64,000 bases of DNA from Parasitella parasitica NRRL 2501 (Eukaryota > Fungi > Mucoromycota): positions 289,556 through 353,555 of the forward strand of contig MU619239.1 of assembly GCA_025201805.1 (NCBI GenBank). The letters are read 5' to 3'. Shown one piece after another: positions 1 to 11,020 of this stretch (its first letter is position 1; every line of letters starts with the position of its first letter). The translations under genes were made by a program, and so were the position numbers. A model generated the notes under the pieces. That model had not been told where the DNA came from. It did not search any database and saw only the letters and a program-made list of their open reading frames with translations.

Positions 1-851
1 ATCTCTTTAAACGATGAGTGATAAAACTAAACCTTCAATATTATGTAATTACAATGCAAAAATCACAATATAATGCCAACTGATTTGTTCATTAGAGCTT
101 ATGAGATTGTACTACACATTTAAATGTGGAAATAGCAATATCTAGAAAAGAAATTTGATGCATGACATACAGCAAGAGAAAAATATTCTTCTGGGTATCT
201 GATTTATGTATACTGATGCTTGGCATTTCAGCTTGTTTGAGGCAATTCTTCGGTTAATAACCAGGCCGTGATATATAATATATATATAAAAAAGCTGACA
301 ATCATCGAAAATATGGCCTGCTTTGCTTGCATTTTCCAATGTTATTTATCTATCTGTCGATTAATAAATGTAAAAGTGTCTCCTTATCGCAGCACTGAAC
401 CATTCTTGCATTCGATTACGGCTTTTTGCTGAACAAATCCACAATAATCACTAATATTTTTAAAAACCAGAATGTTTTTGTTACACTACCAGCATCGTGA
501 GAAATATGTAAACGTCAAAAATAAATGATTGAGAAAGATCTGAATCAAGAATATCCACGGTTAAAATGTATTTCTTTTTCAACTTTTATCCTAAATGACT
601 AAATTAGCTCATATGTATCAGCATTGAATTGACATGCAATGTGCATTTAAGGCCAAAATTCAATAATAATATCAGAAAGAGTTTGAATGCAAAATTGTTG
701 TTGAAAAGAATACTTGACAGACACTTTGTTTCATTTTTTTTTTTTCCAACTTATACACCCACTTTCATCAAAAAAATTTTCGCTCTTTTTTCACTTTCCT
801 TTTTATTTTGTTTGAATCAAAACAGAGTTAATTAATTTATTCTTTACAAAC

Positions 852-2597
852 ATGAAAGATCAGCTTGAACCAAGATTTGATGACTCTAGACCCGCTGAAT
901 CATCAAAAAGCTCTGCAGTTTCACTAGGAGGTAGCGGTCAATTAGAAAAGAGAAATTCTATCACATCTGTTGAATCAGGAGTGGTGACAAATGATACCTC
1001 ATCTATTGAAAGCGATGGTCCTGTTTTAGTTCCTCACATGGGCTTGATTAGTAGCTGTAACATGGTAAAGCAAATTTCTTATCCTGTTGTATAGCTATAT
1101 AAGCTAATCTAACCGATCTTTCTCTTGCTCGTCCAGATTGTTGGCCTTATCATTGGCAGCGGTATTTTTGCTTCACCTGGCCCTGTAACTTTAAAAGTAG
1201 GTGCGGTAGGTCCTTCTTTGTGCGTGTGGGCAATCGGTGGTATCCTTAGTATGATCGGTGCTCTTTGTTATGCTGAATTGGGTACAATGATCACGAAATC
1301 AGGCGGTGAATACCAGTACTTGAAAGCATCCTATGGCCTGTGTCTCGGGCTGACCTTTAGCTGGGCCAATCTTTTACTAACGAACCCTATTGGCACTGCT
1401 TCCATTGCAACTGTATTCGCTCAATATATCATGGAAATGGCATACTTTAATCCGGATGACCCCAACGGCGAAGAAGTTGAAATGCCTGATTATGCTATCA
1501 AGCTTGTATCGATTGCTTGTATTTGGGTCGTTGTATTATTTAATGCATTTGCTAGAAAGGCAGGCGCCATGGTTGCTAATGTATTTACTGCGGCCAAGTT
1601 GCTTGCTTTGGCCATGATTATCATTATCGGTTGGGTTTGGTTAGGCAAGGGCCACACAGAGAACTTTCAAAATGCGTTTACTGGTAGCTCAACGAATGCT
1701 CTCGATTACGGTACTGCTATGTACATGGCCCTCTTTTCTTACAATGGCTGGAATAATTTAAACTATGGCATTGGTGAAGTCAAGAACCCTCAACGCACTT
1801 TACCCATTGCTATTTCCGTTTCTTGTATCCTTGTTACCACGGTGTATGTCCTAGGTAATATTGCCTATTTCGCTACTTTGCCTGTCGCCACGGTTGCCAC
1901 CTCATCGACTGTGGCAATGCAGCTTGGTATGGTTGCCATGGGTGAAGGTGGTGCTTATTTCTTTGCTCTCATGGTAGTCTTATCTACGTTTGGTGCTGTC
2001 AACGGCAATGTTTGGGCTGCCTCCCGTCTTGTCATGACTGCCGCTAATGAAGATGCTGTCTTTATGCCTCCTTTTTTTGGTAAGCTAAACGAAAAGCGTG
2101 AGACGCCTATACGTGCTCTCATTCTCGTTGGCATAATCGCTACTATTTGGTGTATTCCTGGTGATTTTACGTATCTAGCAAAGATGTACAGTTTCACTGG
2201 CTGGCTTTTCTATGGTTTCACTGTCTTTGGCTTGATTTTGATGCGTTATAAGAAAAAGACAAGAGACTTACCTAGGCCATTCAAGATTTGGCTTCCTTTT
2301 GCCATCTTTTTTGTTATCATCGATATTTATCTTGTCATTGCTCCTTTGATTGATGCTGGTACTGCTGGTGTATATCAGTATATCATTTGTATCGTTATTG
2401 GTCTTTTGGCTATCCCTATTTGGTTTGTTCGCGTAAGAAAACCTAACATCGGTAATTTTTTGTTTGGCTGGATTCCCGGCTATCAAGAAGCTTTTATCCT
2501 CGAGACTCGTAGAAAAAAGGAAATCAAAAAGGCTCGCCTAGAAAACATCCAAACCCAAGAGTCTGTCATTTTGGATGATGAGAAAACTGAACTTTAG
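852..2597 (+). CDS. APC-superfamily (LAT/Mup1-like) amino acid permease, 2 exons
   Basis: Exon 1 852-1064, GT-AG intron 1065-1136, exon 2 1137-2597. Motifs GLIIGSGIF, YAELGT..SGGEY and LFSYNGWNNLN, with ~12 hydrophobic segments. Confidence 0.93.
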
Positions 2598-2926
2598 GTC
2601 ATCATCCATGTATATTACATAAATGTCTTTCGTCGATACCCCACACGAATGATATTTTTTTTTCTTTCTTTCGCCGTTTTTAACTACTATAATCAATGTA
2701 TTAATAAATTATTTAGAGAAATAAACTTGTATATCGATAATATTCACCATGTCTTGACATATAAAAAAAGGTTTGAGGTTGTCTTGTATCAATATGCTTC
2801 AAAGCAGACTTTGCTACTTGACAGAAAATATTTATTATGCAAAACCGATATCTCCAAATAAGTCGTATATATCGAGATATCTGAACATAACTTTCATTCT
2901 CATTAAAATATAACTTTAACAAGAAC

Positions 2927-3395
2927 ACAGCAAAATAAACACAATACAGCGAGGAATAGAGTGTATAAATGCTTTGTTTGGTTTTGTAATTCCCATTCAA
3001 GTTTCGAATTTTTGAGAAGTCGGCGTTAAATCAAGTATATCTCATTTTCAAAAACTAGTTAAAAATATATAGAAGCTTCAGAAAACTATAAAAAAAATTA
3101 TGTGCGTATGCAACAAAGCGTGAAAAAAATGGTCATGTATTTTGATTTGAAATAAGAGCTCTTTCAACAGAGTAAATCATGTTGAAAGTCGGGCGAAATA
3201 GCTTGAATCAACCAAATTAGGAGATTCGAAATCCAAAAAAGGCGATTTTTTAAGCTGCACACTTCGTTCTAATTAATAATATGTTAATTTCAGATACCAT
3301 TTTTGAATTGATTCAATATGAACACAGCATATTTTTACTTTTGAGCCCATTTAATTCATTGCTATCTCTTTATGCCACTTTTATATAAGGGTTAA
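2927..3395. mobile_element. Degenerate non-autonomous DNA-transposon-like repeat
   Basis: 2927-3057 is clearly similar to 43011-43141 (shared cagcaaaataaacacaat, aagtcgg..ttaaatcaag and ttttcaaaaacta). The region ends in agggttaa (~3388-3395), resembling a piggyBac-type terminus. No matching left end was found. Confidence 0.5.
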
Positions 3396-4496
3396 ACATT
3401 TCTTCAAATTTATAGTTCATAAAAACATCGCCGCATTGCTGTCAATTACTTCTTGTCCAATAATATCCACTTATATTATATAGTAAGTAGTAACCCTGAT
3501 AGTAATGTCAACAATTAGATACACCAACCGTCCATTAATATAGTACATCATTCTACCCTTACTACTAGATAATTGCACTCTTTCACATGCTAGATATCAA
3601 AACGATATGAACTGATCGGAGAAGTAAAAACAGCACAATGATATAAGATAATAAGTAATGATATAGATGACAATAAAAGGTATCATTTTGAAGTGGACTA
3701 AACTAGATTCCCGTCATAAAATACTGTCAACATCCCAATAGCAGGGATAGGAACTGACATATGCCAAAATAGCATATTGTGTCGCTAAATAAGCCTGAAA
3801 ATAAAGGATTCATCAAACAAAGAAAGCTTCCTAATCATATGAATAAAGACATGTTCAAAATGCCGTCCTTGATCCATCGTTAGATGAAGAACGTCAATAA
3901 ACAACTCAATAAGATTCACACTCATGCAAGATTAGGATAGCTACGGTAGAATTATTCTATTGCCCTTATGAACGACCATCCGTAATCAACACAAGTAATA
4001 CTATAGTATACTGTTAAACCAGAACGGCCAATCATAAATTATAGCAAGAAATAAAGAATAACGGAACCGCTAAGAAATAACGATACACTTGTCTGCTGTT
4101 AAGACCTCACCTGAATAACATAAATAGAGATGTAAACAACAGCTTGTTGCACACTTGCTGCGTATTTTATTGCACTTTCCTACAAACATTTGGTTATGAT
4201 TTCTGTTACTGCAACAATTGTTAATTCGGGAAAATCAATACTACTAAATAATTCAACTCGTCGATACAAGCATTTGGATCAAATAATTTAAAGGCCTTCC
4301 TCAAACAATGCGCTTTTGTTCTTGAGAAAAATTTAATAAAATAGTAAAAAAAAGTATTTTTGTAATATAATCAAGATGTTGTTTTATGATATTTTTGTTC
4401 TTTTTTATTTCTTGTCGTTGTAGTGATAGGTTTATGTTGTATACAATCTCTCCATAGAATTTTTTCTAATAGATTATTTTTGGGCTTCTATGGAAT

Positions 4497-6639
4497 TTAT
4501 GCGTTAGCCCTCTTGAGCTCAGCTTCAACATCTTTTCCAGCTACCCAAGCCTTTGTACATTTAGCCATGGTACTAGAAGCACGGGAGATGGGATCTGTGC
4601 GATAGAAGTTCTTGATGACAGAAGACAAGATTTCACCTGAGCTTTGTGCGGAAGGCTTACGTTGCGTAGACAAGCCGATTTGAGAAATAGAAGGAGTTTC
4701 GATAACATCATAACGAGTAAGAGCAGGACTGATATCAGAAAGACGAGAACGAACGGATGAGAGATCATCGTAGGGAAGAGTGTGACCAGCAACTTCAGAT
4801 AAAGCACGAATAATCTTCCAATCTTCACGAGCAGCGGCAGGAGGGTTAACGCCAGCACGAGTGATCTGTGTACGGCCTTCAGTGTTGACAAATGTAGCGT
4901 TCTTTTCAGTGAAAGCAGCGCCGGGGAGAATAACATCAGCATATTGGGCACCAACATCACCATGATGGCCTTGGTAAACAACAAAAGCATCTTTGGGGAT
5001 ATCAGTAGCTGAAATTTCATCAGCATTCAAAAGATAAAGGAACTTGACAGGTTCAGCGGCGGCCTCAGTGGAGGTAGGGATAAAACCAACTTCATATGCA
5101 GCAGTTCTACCAGCAGCACGTTGTAAAATGTTGATACCGTTCCAGCCATCTTGGAACAAGGTGTTCTTGAACTTGTCAGAGAGCTCAGAAACCTTGGAGA
5201 GGAGGTACTCGCTATCCTTTGAGTTCTCAATAACACTGGAACCAATAATAATCATGGGCTTTTTAGCTTCGGTAAAACGCTTGGCAAAGGGATGAGATCC
5301 ATCCAAAATCTTTTCAATGTCCTTGGAGCTATCACCGATATGTGCATACTCGTAATTCAAGTCATCAGCTTGACCGATCAAACCAAGATCTTGCCCATTG
5401 TGGAGCCATGCTTTACGAAGACGAGTGTTTAAAATAGGAGCTTCATGACGAGGATTGGAGCCAATCAAGAGAACAACATCAGCTTCCTCAGCACCGACAA
5501 TGGTAGAGTTCAAGGTATAGTTGGAACGGAAATCAGCGTTGACAGCAAGGGGCTTTGAGCCATTAGGAGCATCGATAGCCAAATTATCAGAGCCAACTCT
5601 GTTGAAGAGATCCTTGAGAGCAATCATAGATTCAGCATCAGCAAGATGACCGGCAACAGCCTTAGCAGCATTACCCTTGGTATTGGCAAGTTCATGACCA
5701 ACACGCTTCAAGGCGGCTTCCCAAGAAGAAGGAACAAAACGATCACCTTCACGAATCAAAGGAGTAGTAAGACGCTGTACCTTAAGACCATCATAGAAGA
5801 AGCGAGTCTTATCAGAGATCCATTCCTCGTTGATTTCCTCATTCAATCTGGGAAGAATACGCATTACTTCAACGCCACGGGTATCAAGACGAATGTTGGA
5901 TCCAATGGCATCAGAAACGTCGATGGTTTCATATTTCTTCAGTTCCCAAGGTCTAGCCTTCATATTGTAAGGCTTGGAAGTCAAAGCACCAACAGGACAA
6001 AGATCGATAACGTTTCCGGACATCTCGGAACCAATTGTCTTTTCAATGTAGGTTGAAATTTGCATTTCGTTGCCTCTGCCACTGGTACCGAGTTCCGTTG
6101 CACCGGCAACTTCATTAGCGAAGCGAACACAACGAGTACATTGAATGCAACGAGTCATTTCAGTGTTGATAAGAGGACCAAAATTCTTCTCCTCGACAGC
6201 ACGCTTGCCCATAGGTTCAGAAAAACGTCCACGATCAGAGCCATAACGCATACTTTGATCTTGAAGATCGCACTCACCACCTTGATCACAAATAGGACAA
6301 TCTAAAGGATGATTATAAAGCAAGAATTCCATGACGCCTTCGCGGGCCTTGTGGACTAAAGGACTGTTGGTCTTGACCTTCATACCAGGCATCACAGGGT
6401 AAGCACAAGAAGCTACTGGCTTGGGTGCACGTTCCACTTCGACGAGACACATACGACAGTTACCAGCGATTGAAAGACGTTCTATTAAAACCCTGTTAAC
6501 ATAATTACTGTAAACAAAAAAGAGAACATATAAAGAGAAAGAGCGGGAGATTTCAGAGTTGGAAGTTGATATTCAACATTTGTCGTTCATCCACAATGTT
6601 ATATTTCGTTTCTTTCAAATGCATCTACAAACACCAACA

Positions 6640-6691
<52 letters not shown>

Positions 6692-7077
6692 ACGCCTCCT
6701 TTTCTCATTTCTTAATTGACAAATTGTTGAAATATCGTACCATGATAACAGAAACGAGGAATCTATAATACCAGTGTGTTGATTAAATTGTAATTGCAAG
6801 ACTAAAATTGTATACTGTTACATACATCCGCGCCAGCTTTTTCACAAGCTTGGATCAAGGCGGCACCTTGCTCAATCATAACTGATTTTCCATCGATAAA
6901 AACCTCGACTTCTTCCTTGACATTTGACGATGCAGCGAAAGCTCGTACTAGAATTTATAAATATAAATAAATAAAGTAGGGGGGGGGTTAACCATCAGCA
7001 ATGTTACCTCCAGTTTTAAGAATAGCTGGCGATGCTCTGCAAGCTGCTACGCTTGTCTTATTAATGACACGCAACAT
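4497..7077 (-). CDS. NDUFS1: NADH:ubiquinone oxidoreductase 75 kDa Fe-S subunit (complex I), 4 exons
   Basis: Exons 7008-7077, 6826-6947, 6741-6762 (22 nt, IPRFCYH) and 4497-6481 splice to an N-terminal targeting peptide plus [39 protein letters not shown] and [11 protein letters not shown]. Confidence 0.97.
6643..6687. repeat. (CT)n microsatellite in NDUFS1 intron 3
   Basis: About 22 consecutive TC units are directly visible. Confidence 0.95.
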
Positions 7078-9997
7078 AATATTATAAAATTTGGAGTGGG
7101 GGGGTTAATACAAAAAAGAGAAAAGGATTGAAGGTAAAAAAAACAGAAAGTTGAACCGACGAAAAAATAAATAATAGAACTTTGAGGGAAGACTCCACAC
7201 ACAGTGCTTCAACCCTTGTTCTCCCCGCAAAGGGTTGCGCGAGTAACGTTTGATTTTGTAACCCGCATATGCCAAAAGGAAGAAACAAGTTTGTGACGTA
7301 AGCATGCCATCTTCTATCCTAATTGTGTATTGTCATGGTCAGGAACAGACAATACAATTTGTATTCACAAAAAGGAGATTAGCTTCTTTTCCGCCTGTGA
7401 CCAGAAGGAAAGAATAGGAAGAATAAAATTTCAGACTTGACAGAAGCTTGATGCAAGACTATAAGAAGCAGACTATTAACATTATAACTTATGATGTATG
7501 GATGTAAAAGCTTTCACAATAGAGAACAATATCTTGTCAACAATGACAGCATGTTTAGAGTATAATAAAAAAATTTAAATTCATGCATTGATTGTAAACT
7601 TTTCCAGCTGTGTTTATTACAATGGCTATCAGTTGCAGCTTTCTATATAAGTTTAAATTTATAATTTATATAAAAAAAAAAGAACAATTCCTGATCATTG
7701 CCATGGTTACAAAACACTGCAGGAACAGATTACAAGTTGAATATCCGCATTTGGAATTTAAGGTGTCAAGATCATCATAGTTCAAAGATTTAAATGGTTT
7801 GCAACAACGCGAGGGAATGTTATTTACAGCAATTTGGTACGAATTGATATACATCAAAAAAGCCTAAGACAATTAAGATTGAGTATTATTGCACTAACCC
7901 TTGGAATCATTATGTTTATGTTTATTGACATGCTCCTGTCAATGTTTTTTTTTGGGCAAGCGAATGATGTAGTAATGCTTTCATTACGCATAATTTTATT
8001 AGTTAGAATATCAAAGCAAGCTAAGTATACTAATTTTATTGATTGTTATGCTAATACCTGCTGTAGAGCTATAATTTCTCCAAAACATTTGACAGAAGCA
8101 ATATAAAAAGTTGAATGATATTCGTTTGCTTATTTGATGGGTTGGTAACTGAATTTGTGCTATTTGCAATTCTCATCTAAAAACAAAAGGCATTGTTGTT
8201 GATTAATTGTGGAGGTTTATAAGTGCTCAAGTTTTTCCACACACGCACAAGTATCGCACTAAGCAGTTTAAATGTAATGCATTTATGGCTTACAGAGTTT
8301 GGGAGCAATAAACATCATATCTTTACTTCAAATGAGATAAAGTTTGTTTTTTATTTAGTTCTATAATCTATAATAGAGTTTTTATGCCTTGCCACGCTGG
8401 ATAATCGAGGTAGCGATCTTCAGACACACGCAAAGGGCAGTCTATTTTTGATTTGACACAATTTTGCCCATGTTTCCGGATTCAAATCCCTCCCCCTTTT
8501 TTCGGCAGAGAAACTTGTGGATATTTGATATATGGACCTCAAGAACATTAAAGAAGAAGATCGTACATATTTTATTTTTGTCTCTTCAATTCATGAAGGC
8601 GTCGATGATCGATCAATGAATGCCTCCTTTTTTATACAAGTTATTATCATTGATTTCCCGATGCAGATGCAGTATTTGTATAACAAGATAAAATAGCATT
8701 GTTTCCAACATTGTGGCATATTTACCTATCTATAATATCACAATATTAATAATAGAGAAAGCGCTAATCTAGTATAGTGTATATAGTATATTGGACATAT
8801 TATTTTAGGATTTGAAGATTCTTGTATATGTTTGTTTACTATTATGGGTATCCAGGAGTTGTATAGAAGCCGTTTTTATGATATAATCACACACCTTTAA
8901 TGTAAAAAAAAGGGTTGTTGGCGCAGATAAGTATTATATAAATACATTATTGCATAGCTATGTATCAGTACTATAATAATAGTGAATGTATCTAGTATTT
9001 AGTTTACAAGTTTTGTATAAAGCGCGTTTTTACAAGTTCCATCAAAATAATCTAAGCTTACATGTCATGTTTAAAAAATGATATAGAGGATACTGCTAAA
9101 TCAAGTAATATGAATCCATCGAATATTATAGAAGCATTTTCATATGGACGATGATTTCAGATAACAAAACTAGACATGTTAACATGAAAGAAGCTATTTT
9201 AGACGGTGGTATTTGTATATATACATTTACAATCAATGGACCTACCAAAGGCTACTCCTTCATTCATGGTACAGGTGTCATTGATTCTTTGAAATTGCTG
9301 TTGTTGTAATTGTTGTAATTGCTCCCCCACTGTACTCCTATACTCTCATGCCTCTTGATTCCTCCTTGCAAAACTTACGCTTTTTGGTCCCCCCGATATT
9401 ACATCCCCTTTATTTTTCTAAATTAAACGCATTAGTTGAGATGGAAATACATAATAACGCGCGATCTTTGGTTCTATCCAGGCACACTACCATTATAATA
9501 AAATTTGAATGTCTTGTACTCATACATACATATTAACTTTCATAGAAAGAAACTCTTCAAACTACCACCCCTTCCTTTTTTTTTCTCAAATGTCTAATGT
9601 CTCTCCCTTTTTTTTACTTGGTATTTCCTTGCTGTGTAATGTTTGAAATAAGTATCCCCTATCGTAAAATAGTCTTTATGTTTTCTCTTGAGAACTAAAT
9701 AATGATAACGAAATGATTGTAACTCGACGAGACATTACTTCAAGGAGTCGAGAGGCACTCTTTTACAGCTGTGTTTGTGTGGGCGTGGATGTATGACATT
9801 TACAGATTTTTGTAATGATCGTTGTCATCTCATACTGATGGGTCCAAAGCTTATGCCTCTTTTAGTCAATCATATATAAACCCTTTGCATTTTTTTTTTT
9901 TTTTTTTTTTTAATTTCTTTTTTTTTTTTTTTTTTTCTATAACATTTCTTTTTCTTTCTTATTCCTTCTACATCACAATAGCAATATATTGTATAAA

Positions 9998-10612
9998 ATG
10001 TATCAAGACTGCTTTTACATAAACGAAACCAACAGCATATTAGATCAAGATCAATTGCTGTTACAAGCGAGCTATTATCCCACTGTTAATGTTGGCCATC
10101 CGTACTTTAATCTGCCTACAAATCAAGGCCTGGATCTCGTCATTGACACTACATTATCTTCCTCGTATACGGACTCAACAGCTTGGTCTTCTTGCTCATC
10201 ATCTCCTTCACTTGATTTTGAGAATGGGTTTAATTTTAACTTGCAGCAAAACAATATTGAATCCTTCTTATTGTCTGATTTACCCAGCGAGATTTCATTT
10301 GAAGAGCTTCAGAAGCAGCAGCGCCCACAGCATCAATACCAACAATCACAAGAACAAAATCAGCAGCAGCAACGCCAACTGAAATCGTTTCCATGTAGTG
10401 TCTGTCCACGTTCATTTGCTCGTAAGCATGACCTTCAGCGCCATATCAGAGTGCATACAGGCGCTAAACCCTATTCTTGTCTCAACTGTACAAAGGCATT
10501 CGCACGCACTGATGCATTGAAACGACATTTACGAATGGAAGATACATGCAGAATGAGTCCTGTCATTCAAGCCATGAAAAACACTGGAAGCAGACGATAC
10601 AGGAACTTGTAA
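9998..10612 (+). CDS. C2H2 zinc-finger transcription factor (two C-terminal fingers)
   Basis: Single exon. FPCSVCPRSFARKHDLQRHIRVHTGAKPYSCLNCTKAFARTDALKRH follows a Ser/Gln-rich activation-like region. TATATAAA lies at ~9873. Confidence 0.92.
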   Translation: MYQDCFYINETNSILDQDQLLLQASYYPTVNVGHPYFNLPTNQGLDLVIDTTLSSSYTDSTAWSSCSSSPSLDFENGFNFNLQQNNIESFLLSDLPSEISFEELQKQQRPQHQYQQSQEQNQQQQRQLKSFPCSVCPRSFARKHDLQRHIRVHTGAKPYSCLNCTKAFARTDALKRHLRMEDTCRMSPVIQAMKNTGSRRYRNL

Positions 10613-11020
10613 AGCATCTCCTGCACTCGTTCAATATTACCATTTACAAAAATAATATCTATTTTTCCTTCACACTTTCAAGACTCTTGCCATTCATTAC
10701 ACGCAAAACTACATATGAAGAGCCACTACATTTTGAATACTTTATAGTTATGCCTTTTTTTTTTATCATATAAATATACATATACATAATATATTTCCTT
10801 CTTCTCCCCTTTCTTTCCATATAGCGATATGTGCAATTTTTTTTCTCATTTCATAAGTATATTATATATAAATTGATTTCCATGTATACTAAATGTCCAG
10901 CTTTCGAATAGAGCAAAGTTTATATGCGTTTGTTATCCTTACAATGCATTGTAAGTTGAATAAATAAACAATTATGTTAGACATTAGTCCTTACAGTGTT
11001 CTTTTTTTTTTNNNNNNNNN

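Noticed and set aside
142-835. Short ORFs upstream of the permease
   Set aside because: AT-rich, no recognisable motifs, and they include poly-T-derived Phe runs. Promoter/UTR sequence.
3400-4300. Gene-free stretch that might be a retroelement remnant
   Set aside because: Frames are broken and I could not recognise gag, RT or integrase motifs.
6550-6600. Possible C/D snoRNA in NDUFS1 intron 3 (CTGA plus gtggatga)
   Set aside because: No proper RTGATGA C box at a suitable distance and no rRNA complement I could identify.
8470-8500. ggattcaaatccc resembling a tRNA T-loop
   Set aside because: No cloverleaf, acceptor stem or A box upstream.
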